Shown one piece after another: positions 25,198 through 37,796 of a DNA stretch of 64,000 nucleotides. The stretch covers positions 7,192,001 through 7,256,000 of the forward strand of contig NC_135907.1 of NCBI RefSeq assembly GCF_964194155.1, given 5' to 3'. The notes beneath the pieces are model-generated. The model ran no database searches, had not been told where the DNA came from, and saw only the letters and a program-made list of their open reading frames with translations. A program made the position numbers and the translations under genes. The first letter of the stretch is position 1. Each line of letters begins with the position of its first letter. Origin of the DNA: Cetorhinus maximus (Eukaryota).

Positions 25198-26154
25198 GAT
25201 ACAAAGGACTAATTGGATCTTTCAAATCTGAGATGACAGGTTTTTATTGCATAAGGGTATCAAGGGGTATGGAGCTAAGGTGGGCAAATAGAGTTGAGGC
25301 ACAGATGAGCCACGACCTAACTGAATGGCCTACTCCAGTCACTGTTTTCCTAATGCTGCACCACACATGGGAAAAATTAATGTTTGACAATGAACGCAAA
25401 AAGTAGGAACAGTCAATTTCCAACACGGACATTGATTATCTCAACAACTAGAAAGGCAACATATCATCTACTACACCAAATGGTCTTTTGAAGATGAGTT
25501 TTCCAACAGGAAGCAAGTGATCAACTGTTATGCACCATGGATTCTCTGAGAATCTGCTTCAATTTAGTTGAGACTGATCTGTTCCCTCTACACAAAATTC
25601 AAACTTTATGTCTAGAATTAAGAGCTAAAATCCTACTTTTTTCCTTTTATTAACTATTTAGCAAGTTCCCTACAGTAAACAGGCAAATTTTAAAATGTCA
25701 TCGTGCCCTTTTGCCGGGCCATGCAATTTACAGAAAACTTAGTCTCAAAATTTATGCTGTACACAATCCTCTGGTCATCTAGGTATGTGAACCTTTCTTA
25801 ACATAAGGGGTAGGTCATTCGGCTCCTTGAGCTTGCTCTGCCATTCAGTGAGATCATGGCTGATCCAACTGTGGCTTTAACTCCACTTCCCTGCTTATCC
25901 CTCATAACCCTTGTAGATCATAAATCTGTCTTCAGAAGGTAGGCATGTAGGCCCATGGTATTAATAAACAGAAATAAATATAAATGAAATTTGATTAATG
26001 TTTAGAAAGTCAATTGAATATTGTGGTTAGGTTACAACCCATTCTAGTATTTCAGCAGGGAAAGCAAAGTCATTAAATTTTCTCCTGCTCCTTATTTTAC
26101 TGAGGCCCGCAGTCCACATTTAACCTTTAACCACCGACATCTCCTTACATATGG

Positions 26155-26363
26155 ATCAAAGCAAAAAACTGTGGATGCTGGAAATCCAAAACAAAAACAG
26201 AAACAGAAATACCTGGAAAAACTCAGCAGGTCTGGCAGCATCAGAGGAGAAGAGCACAGTTGACGTTTCGAGTCCTCATGACCCTTCAACAGAACTAAGT
26301 AAAAATAGGAAAGGGGTGAAATATAAGCTGGGGCCCCCCACCCCCCCTTAAACCAGCTTAAAT
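26155..26363. mobile_element. Penelope-like terminal-repeat fragment (family B) abutting the FBP1 retrocopy
   Basis: Nearly identical to the 5529-5832 element; short inverted TAAGCTGG..CCAGCTTA at the junction. Confidence 0.75.
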
Positions 26364-26620
26364 ACTATCCTCCTTTTTCACGGTCACATTCTTGCCCAGC
26401 AATATGGATTTCCTCAATGGCTGGATCCAGCATGGAGCTGCACACCCCATTTCCTGTAGATATGACCAGCATTGTGGCACTGCCATATAGGGCATAACCA
26501 GCTGCTGCAATGTAACAACCTGACTGTAAAGTATCCTTCTCATTTGGCTGATCATGTGTTACCTTTCTATAAATGGCAATGATTGTTCACATGGAAACAA
26601 GAACTGCATGCTGGAAGAGT
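26360..26620 (-). pseudogene. FBP1: Processed pseudogene fragment of fructose-1,6-bisphosphatase (FBP1-like)
   Basis: Reads [64 protein letters not shown], then +1 frameshift ILLGKNVTVKKEDSI; aligns to FBPase [64 protein letters not shown]; has a stop, a frameshift and no introns. Confidence 0.88.
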
Positions 26621-28029
26621 GTCAGAATCCAGCGATTCCTACAGGATTGGGAACCATGGTGCATTCTGTCCTTCTGTCCTCTCAAATGCCATGTCTGGTA
26701 ATTTACTCTTAGAAGTTTTTGGGCGAGATAATGTTTTGCCCAACTTCCCTCCTTTTCCTAATTTTTAAAGTAAACGCTATCGTATCCAGGTTGTCGATTT
26801 CATTCATCCTAATTGTTATGCAGGTTTAAAATGTAAAAGTAAAACTATTTTTTTTGAAGTCTGACATTTAAAGACGGATCTGCGAGCAGGTTTGAAGTTC
26901 AGATTCCTTTTTTTGAGGTTAGGGATAAATGCTGGCAGCGGAACATCATTCTGATTGGTTGAGGTTTACATTGTAATGTTGTGAGGTTGCTTACTTCCAA
27001 ATTTAGATGTGGTTTTTTTTTTGTCGATTTGGAATTTTGCCTCTCAAAATAGGGGGAAATTATTCATTCCCGACTTTCATCTGTGACACACACACTCCTT
27101 CATTAAAGAGTAATGCTGTAAAATGACCCAGCTGCCATGTGACACTGGCATTGGAATCCAAACCCTTGTCTGCAGTTCCGACCAAAAGGCAAAGATCTAA
27201 TGGGTTACCCTCCTGTTATTTCTGGCCAATGGCCCTGCTTGGACTGCAACAATGATCTTGTACCAACTTGTAAAGAATATGACCAGATTGCACAGGGGGT
27301 GGGTGATGAACAAGGTGGGCTGAGTTGCATAGCTGTAATCCAACCAACACTTTCCACAGTACAGAATTTCATGAATTGGCTTTTTCCGTTAAAATACTAG
27401 ATCGGGCCTCACCAAGGCAGATAACACCTGCATGCACTCCAGGCCCAGTGGGAAACCATGCTAGGTTAAGACTTAAAAGAATGGTTGTGAACTTGCGAAG
27501 GAAAAATATTGGTAGCAAGGAAGACGACAGGCAAAATGATTGAAAGTGAAACAGTTTTCAGCCACATCAAGCAATACAGTAGAAGTATTGTAAATGACTC
27601 ACCCTAATATACTCTACAGTTTAGATAGAAGGTTGCAAGTGAACAAGACCTTAATCAGGTCATGCAAAGCCTGCCATTATGACATCGTAATAAGGAATTT
27701 ATAGTTGCTGTAGGATAAACGGTCTTATTACTCTTTTCTAAAACAGGAATTTGAATTTGACCTGGGGAGACTGAGCTCAAGAACTATAAACTCGAGTGAT
27801 ATTGTTCTCATGATCAAATTAACTTGGTTCCAAGTGTTGAAGCATTATACCGTAAACAACGGAACATTGTTTGCGAGCATATTGTCTTAACCAGCATGGA
27901 ATTTGCATAAACTTACTAGTTAATGCCACCACATCATAAGGTGTGCCTGGTGCCAGTGCAGCGTGTGAGGGGGAAGAAAGCTAATAGAAAATAAATTCTG
28001 GGTGGACATCTCTCTGCCGTTTGAAAAAA

Positions 28030-29335
28030 GACTTGCATTTATACTGCATTCTCTCAACTTCAGGGCATCCCAAATGCTTTAGGCCAATGAAAAACTCTGA
28101 AGTGTAGTCATTGCTGTAATGTCAGAAACACAGCAGCCATTTGTGCACAGCAAGCTGCCATAAACAGCAAATGTTATGATGGCCAGGTAATTGGGATGTG
28201 GGCTGAGAGGTAAACATTGACCAGGACACCATGGAGAATTCCATTGCTCTTCTTCAAAGATTACCATTTGATCTTTTACCCAAGAGGGCACACAGGGCCT
28301 TGGGTTAATCTCTCATCCAAAAGAGAGCAACTCAAGTCAATGCAGCATTCTCTCATTACTATACTGGAATCAGCTTGAATTATGTGCTTTGTGATGCTCT
28401 GCGCCTTGCAAAAGCTTGTATTTGTGAGATATCCCTTTAATCCAAAGTCAAACTAAGCTGGTTCTGGGAAAGGAGTTTGTAATTGGATTTCTTAGCTGCG
28501 AGGTCAATTCTGAGAAATAGGTTGCTATACAGATGACAGCTTGACAACCAAAAATGACAAACATCAGCTAATTGGGTTCTAGGTTTCAGCTAGTGTTGTG
28601 TGCAGAACACACACACAGACACAGAGCCTCTGTTGGGGTCAGAAGCAGAGTTAGAACTTCTGGTGTTGAACCCAAACAGGGCTGTCAAGGAGTTGGTTTC
28701 TGTTCGGAAGAAAGAAACAGGCAGGGTTCTTGAGAGGTTCAGGTCAGGAGAAGGTGAACAGCTCAGTATGGTGAAGCTGTGAGTGGGAGATGGCTAAGGA
28801 AGGAAGTCTTGGGCAGCTGGGAAAAGATAACCAAAAAGACCGATTCCAGGATAGGAGGAGTGTTCCTGGAAGAGTATGCCTTTGGGGTATTCATGGAAAT
28901 TGGGTGTGGTAAGACTGCTGTCTGAAAGGACTTCAGGCCTGCCTCCTGTATAAGTAAAGGAACTGAATCTCCACCTGGGTGACACAGAGATTGTGTGACT
29001 AGGTGGCTGAAATTAATGCCATATATGATTTGGGCACAGTGGGGGGTGATGTATTTTTGAGACACCTATCTTTGTTGTATCAATTATTTAAAGTGCAATT
29101 TATCGTTTCTATTGAAATACAATTTATCCATTAATGCATACGTAATTTTATGTTGCTTTTGGGTTTGACTATTACAGTAAAAGTGAAAAGTTCCTTTCAT
29201 CGGGGTCATTTAGGGATTCCTTTTTTTTCATGTTATTTGTCTCTATGGGGATTGTAACAGCTTATATCTCTGGATTGTGGCTTGAACCCACAACCTGACT
29301 CAGAAGCAAGGGTGCTACCAATTGAGCCACAGTTA
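28030..29335 (-). mobile_element. tRNA-headed Deu-domain-like SINE split by a solo LTR
   Basis: Reverse complement of the SINE at 49264; head at 29264-29335, body at 28030-28389. Confidence 0.65.
28390..29259. mobile_element. Solo LTR, family Y
   Basis: TGTGA..GTAACA ends; 4-bp TSD GCTT at 28386-28389 and 29260-29263. Confidence 0.75.
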
Positions 29336-30518
29336 AATGATAAAATTTTTAAACATGGATGCAACAACAAAGATCTGGGGGTTCACAAGCCCAAATCCTT
29401 GAAGGTGGCAGGAAAAGTTGATAAGCCTGTTAAAAAAAGCATGTTAACAGATACAAAATGAGTGTACAAAAGCAAGCAAGTTATGCTAAATCTTTATAAA
29501 TCACAGGCTATGCCTCAGCTGGAAGTTTATGGGCAAAAGAGCATGGGAGTGGGAGTAAATCAGGCAACTCTCTCAAAGAGCAGGTACAGGCACAATGACC
29601 AGAGGGCTGAATGATTCTATAAGTTGGGCTATTATTTGGCCCATTCATTCAGGGGAAAACCCCCATACATCCTCATCACATCATCCACTACACTTATATT
29701 GTTCCAGGTTTTTACCTCCACTTTGCTAACTGGATATCCATTGCACACGTCTCTCTGGTGAAGGACTCTGAAACTTGCCAGACTGCATTTTGAACCCATG
29801 CTCACACCTCAACCTAACTCCCACTGAAGCCCTCACACAAGCCTTTGTCACTTGAACTCAATTACACTAAGGTTGTGCAAGCAGGAAACCTACTTCAGTT
29901 CATCCAAAATGTTCCTGCTCACACCATCTCACTTGCCTCGCACCCTCAATAACCCACTGCACCACCTCCCCTCCCAACAATTCAAATCTAAAATTCTCTT
30001 TCTTGTATTTAATTCCTCCCTCTCCATAATGTCCTCAAACCTTATAATCCCAACCTTCCCAAGCACTCTGTTCCTCTGGGTCCAACTTCATATGCATACT
30101 TCTCACCCTTTGCCTCACCTTTAGCAGCCGTGTTTTCAACCATGTACAACTCTGATTCGCCACAACTCTTCCCTTTCAAGGCCATCTTTAAAACTCTCTC
30201 TTCAACCAAGCTCCTGGTCACCTCTCCTATGCTCTTCTCCTTTAGGTTCAGCATCTTTTTTTTGTTGTCACCTCTGATGTGCTCGGAGACATTTTTCTAC
30301 TTTAATGCCTCAATTTTTAAAATTCGCATCCTCATTTTCAAATTTCTCGATAGCTTTGCCCCCTCCCTAATTCTGTAATCTTAACCAGCCCTAAAACCCT
30401 CCTACATCTCTGCACTCCTCTAATTCTGGCTTCTTGTGCATTTGTTTTTTGTTGTTCCACCAATGGCCCTGCATTCAACTGCCTCAGCCCTAAGCTCTAA
30501 AATTCCCTCCTTAAACCC

Positions 30519-30766
30519 GAGTATTGCTGAAGAAAAAGAAAGAAACATGCTACCAAATTTGAACAAAGCTGGACAGTTAACTGTTTCATTCCGCATTCTC
30601 CATGGCAACACCTTCACCAGAGTCCACTTGTTAACTACTCAGCACTCTCTTCTCATGCAGTATAAATTGTTGATCCCCCTTTACTATTGGTAACTTCTTG
30701 CGCACTGTCCTGATTGAGTGCAAGACGAAAAGCTTGGACAGCATGTCTCTTTTTTCAGCAATACTC
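30519..30766. mobile_element. Fold-back Penelope family A mini-insertion
   Basis: Inverted ends GAGTATTGCTGAA / TTCAGCAATACTC; hammerhead-like core CTGATTGAGTGCAAGACGAAA at about 30710-30730. Confidence 0.7.
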
Positions 30767-30898
30767 CTTACACCTTTCACTTCTCTATCTCTCTTTCCCT
30801 TTTTAAGACAGTCCTTAAAACCTACCTCCTCAAACAAGCTGTGGTCATCTGTTTTAAAGTCTCCTTTTAAGGCTTGATGACAAATTTTGTCTGATAAT

Positions 30899-32459
30899 TG
30901 TCATGAAGCTATTAATATAGATTATTGGAAATTATTTTTCTTTTAAGTCTGTGAGTGTGTCTTAATTGGATTAAAGCCAGCTAGTCTGGGTGCTTTGATG
31001 TACACTAGTTTTGAGATGTAAGAGCAGTAGAGCATTTTGTTGAATAGGGCATTTAAGAAGGGGAGTGAACTCTGGCACCTAGCTATCTGAGACCAAGCAA
31101 TGTTTATATTACTAATAAAATTGGTACTATGAAAGGGGTTTTACTGTTAGAAGAGGTGGAGTTCAAAGAGGCTGGTGATATAATGAGAATTTACATTCAA
31201 TGAGGTGTGCTGGGTATAACAAATAACAGTTTTGTGTGTGCAGAGCAGAGGCATGTAACATCAAAGCACCTGTAAGCCTACCACTGTGTCTGCAAGGAAC
31301 CAAAGTGAAAGGAACCTCATTTTGAATTTGTAAGGTGAAAATGCTTTGCCTGGTGTCTGCTTAAAAATCTATGGGTTGCTGTCGCCTTAGTGGCGATTAG
31401 TCTGGGAATTTGTTAAAAGTTATGATAGTAGTAATTTGTAGCCACGTGTATGTGTTTAATGTATTGTAACTTAATAAAATGTTTCATTTAGTTTAATATA
31501 AAAACCTCTCGAGAACTGGTGGTCTGATTCCTGAATTTAGAGTTGCATCTCAAGCATACCACTTTAAAATATAGGTTATGATAGTTGTTTAAAGTTTCCC
31601 TCAGGGATTCTTAAATAAGACCATAAGACATAGGAGCAGAAATTAGGCCATTCGGCCCATCGAGTCTGCTCCGCCATTCAATCATGGCTGATAAGTTTCT
31701 CAACCCCATTCTCCCACCTTCTCCCCGTAACCTTTGATCCCCTTACCAACCAAGAACCTATCTATCTTGTTCTTAAATACACTCAATGACCTGGCCTCCA
31801 CAGCCTTCTGTGACAATGAATTCCATAGATTCACCACTCTCTGGCTAAAGAAGTTTCTCCTCATCTCTGTTCTAAAAGGTCTTCCCTTTACTCTGAGGCT
31901 GTGCCTTCGGGTCCTAGTCTCTCCTACTAATGGAAACACCTTCCCCACGTCCACTCTATCCAGGCCTTTCAGTATTCTGCAAGTTTCAATCAGATCCCCC
32001 CTCATCCTTCTAAACTCCATCGAGTATAGACCCAGAGTCTTCAAACGTTCCTCATATGTTAAGCCTTTCATTCCTGGAATCATTCTTGTGAACCTCCTCT
32101 CCAGGGCGAGCACATCCTTCCTGAGATACGGGGCCCAAAATTGCTCACAATATTCTAAATGTGGTCTGACCAGAGCCTTATAAAGCCTCAGCAGCACATC
32201 CCTGCTTTTATATTCTAGTCCTCTCGAAATAAATGCCAACGTTGCATTTGCCTTCCTAACTACCGACTCAACCTGCAAGAGAATCCTGGACTAGGACTCC
32301 CAAGTCCCTTTGCACTCCAGATTTCTGAATTCTCTCCTCATTTAGAAAATAGTCTATGCTGCTATTCTTCCTACCAAAGTGCATGACCTCACACTTCCCC
32401 ACGTTGTATTCCATCTGCCACTTTAATAACTCAGCTTTACCAACTGCTGGGTCATAACA
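30899..32459 (+). mobile_element. Solo LTR family X copy 2, interrupted by a CR1
   Basis: TGTCATGAAG..CATAACA; 4-bp TSD TAAT; sits inside an L2-like tail. Confidence 0.75.
31619..32421 (-). mobile_element. Relatively young CR1 LINE 3' fragment
   Basis: 192-aa open frame ALVRPHLEYCEQFWAPYLRKD..RRMRGDLIET..FFSQRVVNLWNSL. Confidence 0.93.
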
Positions 32460-32639
32460 TAATCCTCCAATGAAGTGCCATGGAAGGTTTTACTATGTTT
32501 AAAGGAGCTTTATATACATAAGCTGTTGTTGGTGCTACAGCTTGAAATAAGGCAAGTCTGGAACACTTTCTATATACTTTAATAATTAATATTTGAGATT
32601 CCAGCTCAGTGGCTTCCTTTCAATACTGAGTAATTGTGT

Positions 32640-33410
32640 ATCATTCATGCCACACAAGTGCCGGTCAATGACCATCTCCAACAAGAAGGAATTTAACCAT
32701 CGCCTTGACATTCAATGGCATTACCATCGTTGAATACCCCACCAGTAACATCCTGGGGTTTACCATTGAACAGAATGTGAATCAGACTAGCCATATTAAA
32801 TACTGTGGCTACAACAGCAGATCAGAAGCTGGGAATTCTGTGGCAAGTAATTCACCTCCTGACCCCCCAAAGCCCATCTACAAGGCACAAGTTAGGAGTG
32901 TGATGGAACACTCTCCTTTGCCTGGAGGAATGCAGCTCCAACAAACACACAGAGTTGAACACCATTCAGGACAAAGCAGCCCACTTGATTGGCGCCCCAT
33001 CCACCACCTTAAATATTCACTCCTTTCACCACCGACGCAGAGAGGTAGCAGTGTGTACCATTCACAAGCTGCATTGCAGCAACTTGCCAAGGCTCCTTCA
33101 ACAGCATCTTCCAAACCTGCGACCTGTACCACTTAGAAGGACAGCATATGCATGGGAACACCATCATCTGCAAGCTCCCCACCAAGCCACACACACCATC
33201 CAGAATTGAAACTATAACACCATTCCTCAACTGTTGCTGGATCAAAATCCTGGAACTCTCTTTCTAACAGCACTGTGGATGTGCCTACACACCACATGGA
33301 CTGCAGTGGTTCAAGAAGGCAGCTCACCACCAAGTTCTCGAGATCAATGGTGGGCAACCGATGCTGGGCAGACCCAGCGATGGCCACATCCAGTGAAAGA
33401 ATAAAAAAAT
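32640..33410 (+). mobile_element. Non-LTR retrotransposon 3' fragment (distinct family)
   Basis: IYKAQVRSVMEHSPL, IQDKAAHLIG, HSFHHRR RT C-terminal motifs; A-rich 3' end. Confidence 0.75.
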
Positions 33411-33464
33411 GGTTAACAAATGCAGGTGGAGAGCATTGACTGTGTTGTTACTTGAGCACATACA

Positions 33465-33810
33465 AGAACATAAGAAACAGGAACAGGAGTAGACCATTTG
33501 GCCCCTCGAGCCTGCTCCGCCATTCAATAAGATCTTAGTTAATCTTCTTGTGTTTCAATTTCCACGTTTCCATCTAACCCCAATAACCTTTGATTCCTTT
33601 GCCTAACAAGAATCTATCTACCTCTGCCTTAAAAATATTCAATGACCCCGTCTCCACCGCCTTTTGAGGCAGAGAGTTCCAAAGTCGCAGAACCCTCAGA
33701 AAATTTCTACTCATCTCTGTCCTAAAAGGGCAACCCCTAATTTTAAAACAGTGCCCCCTAGTTCTGGACTCACCCAGAACAGAAACATCTTTTTGACATC
33801 TACCTTGTCT
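33465..33810 (-). mobile_element. CR1 3' fragment
   Basis: AAGAACATAAGAAACAGGAACAGGAGTAGACCATT tail as in other copies. Confidence 0.75.
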
Positions 33811-34129
33811 ATGGTGAGGGTTCAGTTAGGAGGTGTATACTTGTAATGCTTCACTCTGAACAAACCAAAACTGAGTAAATATTGGCCCTGGTGTCATTCT
33901 TCACCAACTGGTTATCAGGAGTTTAACACTAAGCACTCAAATTCGTCTGGTCTTTCCTCAGAACTCAGTCCTCATTCAGTAGGGATTAGTCTCCAACATG
34001 TATATTTACTTATTCTTCCTCTTTCAACACATAGGCACTGTATTTTCTGTTTTTGTTTCAACTTCTAAATTCAGGTAACTGGTGAGAAATTACAAATTGG
34101 AGCAACAAACCAGATGAGCCATTACTCAC

Positions 34130-34259
34130 TTCTTGCGCTGATCAGCCAAGGAGTTGCTTCTGGTCTGGGCAAACATGTCAAACTCTTCCTCCTCAGTTTT
34201 TGGATGGTCGTTGTTCTCCAAGGACTTCAGTGTTCGACTCACACTTTCTTCTGCAACAC
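34130..34259 (-). CDS. TOM1: TOM1 coding exon 11, (S)VAEESVSRTLKSLENNDHPKTEEEEFDMFAQTRSNSLADQRK
   Basis: 130 bp, phase 1-2, tttAG / GTGAGT; EFDMFAxTR..SLADQRK motif. Confidence 0.93.
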
Positions 34260-34519
34260 CTAAATATACACAAATCCCCAATGTAATACTTCTCAGATAA
34301 TATAATTTCAACAGACTGATTGCTCCACAATACAGGAGAAACAGGCCGGCGTTTTCAGCATTAAGCTGAACCTTACACTGATTTAGAGAAAGATTTTTAA
34401 CAAAAATGATTTATTGCATAGAATTTACAGCAAAAAATACAGCCATTCAGCCCAACTGATCTATGTCAGCATTTGTGCTCCATACAAACCTCCTCTCACT
34501 ACCCCTCATCTCACCTATC

Positions 34520-35730
34520 AACTACAGGCCATCAGTTTAACCTCTGTGGAGACATGATAATCTAGGACAAAATTAATAGTCACTTAGATAGGTGTCCAAC
34601 AGGAAGCCAGCATGGATTGTCAAAGGCAAATCATGTTTAAATAATTCAATTGAGTTTTTTATGATGAGTTGATATGGTGTATGTGGATTTCCAAAAAGCA
34701 TTTGGTGAAGTGCCACAAAACAGGCTTGCCAGCAAAGTTGATGCCCATGGAATAAGAGAGATATTGGCAGCATGGATACGAAGATGGGTGAGTAACACGA
34801 GAGAGTAGTGGTGAACGTTTATTTTTCAGACGAGAGGCACGGGTCGGCACTAGAACCACCACTTTTCTTGATAGATTTTAATGACCTGGACTTGGGTGCA
34901 GAGCACAAACTCAAAATTGGTGGATGACACAAAGCTGAGAAATACTGTGAGCTTTGAGGAGGATCGTGATAGACTTCAACAGGCTGGTAGAATGTGCAGA
35001 CACGTGGCAGGTAAAATTTCATGGAGAGAAGTGTGAAGTGGTATATTTTAGTAGGAAGAGCAAGGAGGGACAATCTAAAATAAAGGATACAATTCTAAAG
35101 TGGGTGCAGAAACAGAGACACCTGGGGGTTTATGTGCACAAATCGAAGGTATCAGGGCAAGTTGAAAAAGTGATAAAAGGCACATAGGAACCTGGGCTTT
35201 ATAAATAGCGTACAAAAGCAAGGAAGTTATGGTGAACCTTTATAAAACTCTGATTCAGCTTAGCTGGAGTATTGGGACGAATTCTGGACACCACAGGAAG
35301 GATGTGAAGGCTTTAGAGACGGTGGGGGAAAGATTTACGAGAATGGTTCTAGGGATGAGGGACTTTGGTTACGTTGATTGACTGCAGAAGCTGGAGTTGT
35401 TTTCCTTTGAGACGGTTGAGGTGAAGATTTGACGGAGGTCTTCAAAGTCACGAGGGTTGTAGATAGAGCTGATGGAGAGAAATCATTGGCAGAAGGGTTG
35501 AGAACCAGAATACACAGATTTAAGATGGTTGGTAAAAGAACCAATGGTGACATGAGGAAAAATATTTTACACAGCAATTAGTTAGGATTTGGAATGCACT
35601 GCCTGAGAGTGTGATGGAGGCAGATACAATCCAGGCTTTCAAAAGGGGACAGGATAAACACCTTAAGAGAAAGATTCTGCAGGACTACAGGGAAAGGGCA
35701 AGGGTATGGGATTAACTGATTTGCTATTGC
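34520..35730 (+). mobile_element. Degenerate CR1 ORF2 fragment
   Basis: ACTACAGGCCATCAGTTTAAC, AGCCAGCATGGATT, WQVKFHGEKCEVVYF motifs. Confidence 0.8.
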
Positions 35731-35744
35731 AGACAGGCTTCACA

Positions 35745-36230
35745 AGAATAAAAGAAATCGGAGCAGAAGTAGACCATATGGCCCCTCAAGCCTGCTCTGC
35801 CGTTCAGTATGATTACAGCTAATCTTCTGTTTCAACACAACTTTCCTGCCCACTCCCCAAATCCCTTACTTTCCTGAGACACCAAAAAACTGTCTATCTC
35901 AGCCTGAAATACACTCGACGATGGAGCATCCACAACCTTTTGGGACAGAGAATTCTAAAGATTCATAACTCTGAGTAAAGGGCTTTCTCACCTCAGTCCT
36001 AAATGATCAGCTCCCTATTCTGAGACTATGTGTCTGTGTTCTTGATTCCCCAGCCAGGGGAAACAACCTCTCAGTGTCTATTCTTCACCAGTTCTGAAGA
36101 AAAGTCATATTAGAGTAGAAACATTAACTCTGTTTCTCTCTCCACAGATACTGCCAAACCTACTGAGTTTATCCAGCATTTTCCGTTTTTATCTCATTGT
36201 CTATCCCATCGAGCCCCTTCAGAATCTGAT
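35745..36230 (-). mobile_element. CR1 3' fragment containing a Penelope family B mini-insertion (about 36082-36192)
   Basis: CR1 tail; insert flanked by CTCAGTGTCTAT / CTCATTGTCTAT duplication and containing CTGAAGA..GAAA. Confidence 0.65.
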
Positions 36231-37684
36231 GGCCTCCTCCATTCAGTAGCTGAACAGTCACCAAATGAGTTCCATAGACCATGCGAACCTCAGCAAATTA
36301 CTGTGGTGTTGTGTAACCATTCTATGATTTTATCACTGCATCTTTCTATTCCTTTCTCCCTCTTGTGTTTATCTAGCTTCTCCTTAAATGTATTAATACT
36401 ACTCACCTCAACTACGGTTTGCAGTATGGAGTTGTATGTTCTTCATTCTTTGGTTAAAGACGTTTCTCCTCTATTCCATACTAGATTTATTAGTGACTAT
36501 CTAATATTTATGGCCCCTAGCTCTGGAAACATGTTATTTACATTACTCATAATAGAATTATAATATTCATTACTATTGCAATGTATCAAAAAAAGTGAAA
36601 CTGTTGCATCTCCCGCCCAACTTTTTCTGAAGTCACCAACTCAGTTCACAGCCCTCTTGTACCTTAGTAAGTGATCAAATACTTAAATGCACTGCACTGT
36701 GAGGCACTGAGCCATAAACTAGGCAAGTCAAGCTTCAAATTCTGCTTTTGTCCTCAATCAGCAAGGGTTACAATTGTGGTGCTACATCCATATCTCTGGG
36801 CTAGGGAGGGAGAAATATACCAGGTCTGCGGCTTCTACTTTGCCGTTTTCTTTGGTTACCTTCAGCTTCCTGTGTACCTGACAGCTCAAACCTTTCAGCC
36901 CCTCAGTCTCAACCAAATAAATTTGTGCTATTCGATTTTTTTTTTAAAAGGAGTATATTATGACGAGTGGTCTTTGAAACTACCAGAAATCCATTGGTGC
37001 ACAGTAAAGCGAGTAGGATTGCTTGTCTTAAAACAAAAACTGTCCATTTAAAGTAATCTAACTGAGTTTCTGTAGTCAAGTGAAACTTCTTTATCCAGAG
37101 AGTAGTTAGGATGTGAAACTTGCTACCACATGGAGCAGTTGAAGTACACGGAACAGATACATTGGAAAGAAGTTATTTAAACACAAGGGGAGAAAGGAAT
37201 AGAATGGTTACGCTGATAGGGTTAAGATGAAGGAGGGTAGCAGGCAGCTCCTGTGGGCAGGGACCAATTTTTGTGTTGTAGATCTATCTATAACTATGCA
37301 ATCTTCAACCAACGTCTAATTTATTGAATGTGATATAATTGGCTTAGTTATTTGAGATGTTAACTAGGTTGAAACGCTGCCAATTTCAGGTGGAGTGGAT
37401 TCAGCATTCTGCATTGGGGAAGGCTATAGACTAAACCGTCAGGGCCTCAATTTAAATTATCAAGCAGGCAACTCCTACAGGGAACAGTAAAAAGACAGGA
37501 CCAGACTTGGCTGCAATATCTCCCAGAGGTACTGTGCAGACTTAGAAACAAAGAACAATCGCCTGTATGTTGTACTAGAGAGGCACTGCTGCCTGTGAAA
37601 CTATATGCAGTGATGGGGAAATGCAGTTTTGTTTAACCCCTTCTCAATGTTAATGATTTAAGGTAATTGGGAACCAATACTTAC

Positions 37685-37796
37685 TGAGCCCTGCCAATTG
37701 TGATGAGAGATTAGAGGAAGTCACTGGGGTGACAACAGCTGGAGAGCTTGGTGTAAGATTTATTAAATTGTCTGCATTCTCTGAACCACTGGGCAC
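37685..37796 (-). CDS. TOM1: TOM1 coding exon 10, VPSGSENADNLINLTPSSPAVVTPVTSSNLSSQLAGL
   Basis: 112 bp, phase 0-1, long pyrimidine tract + AG / GTAAGT; NLSSQLAG conserved in family. Confidence 0.9.
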
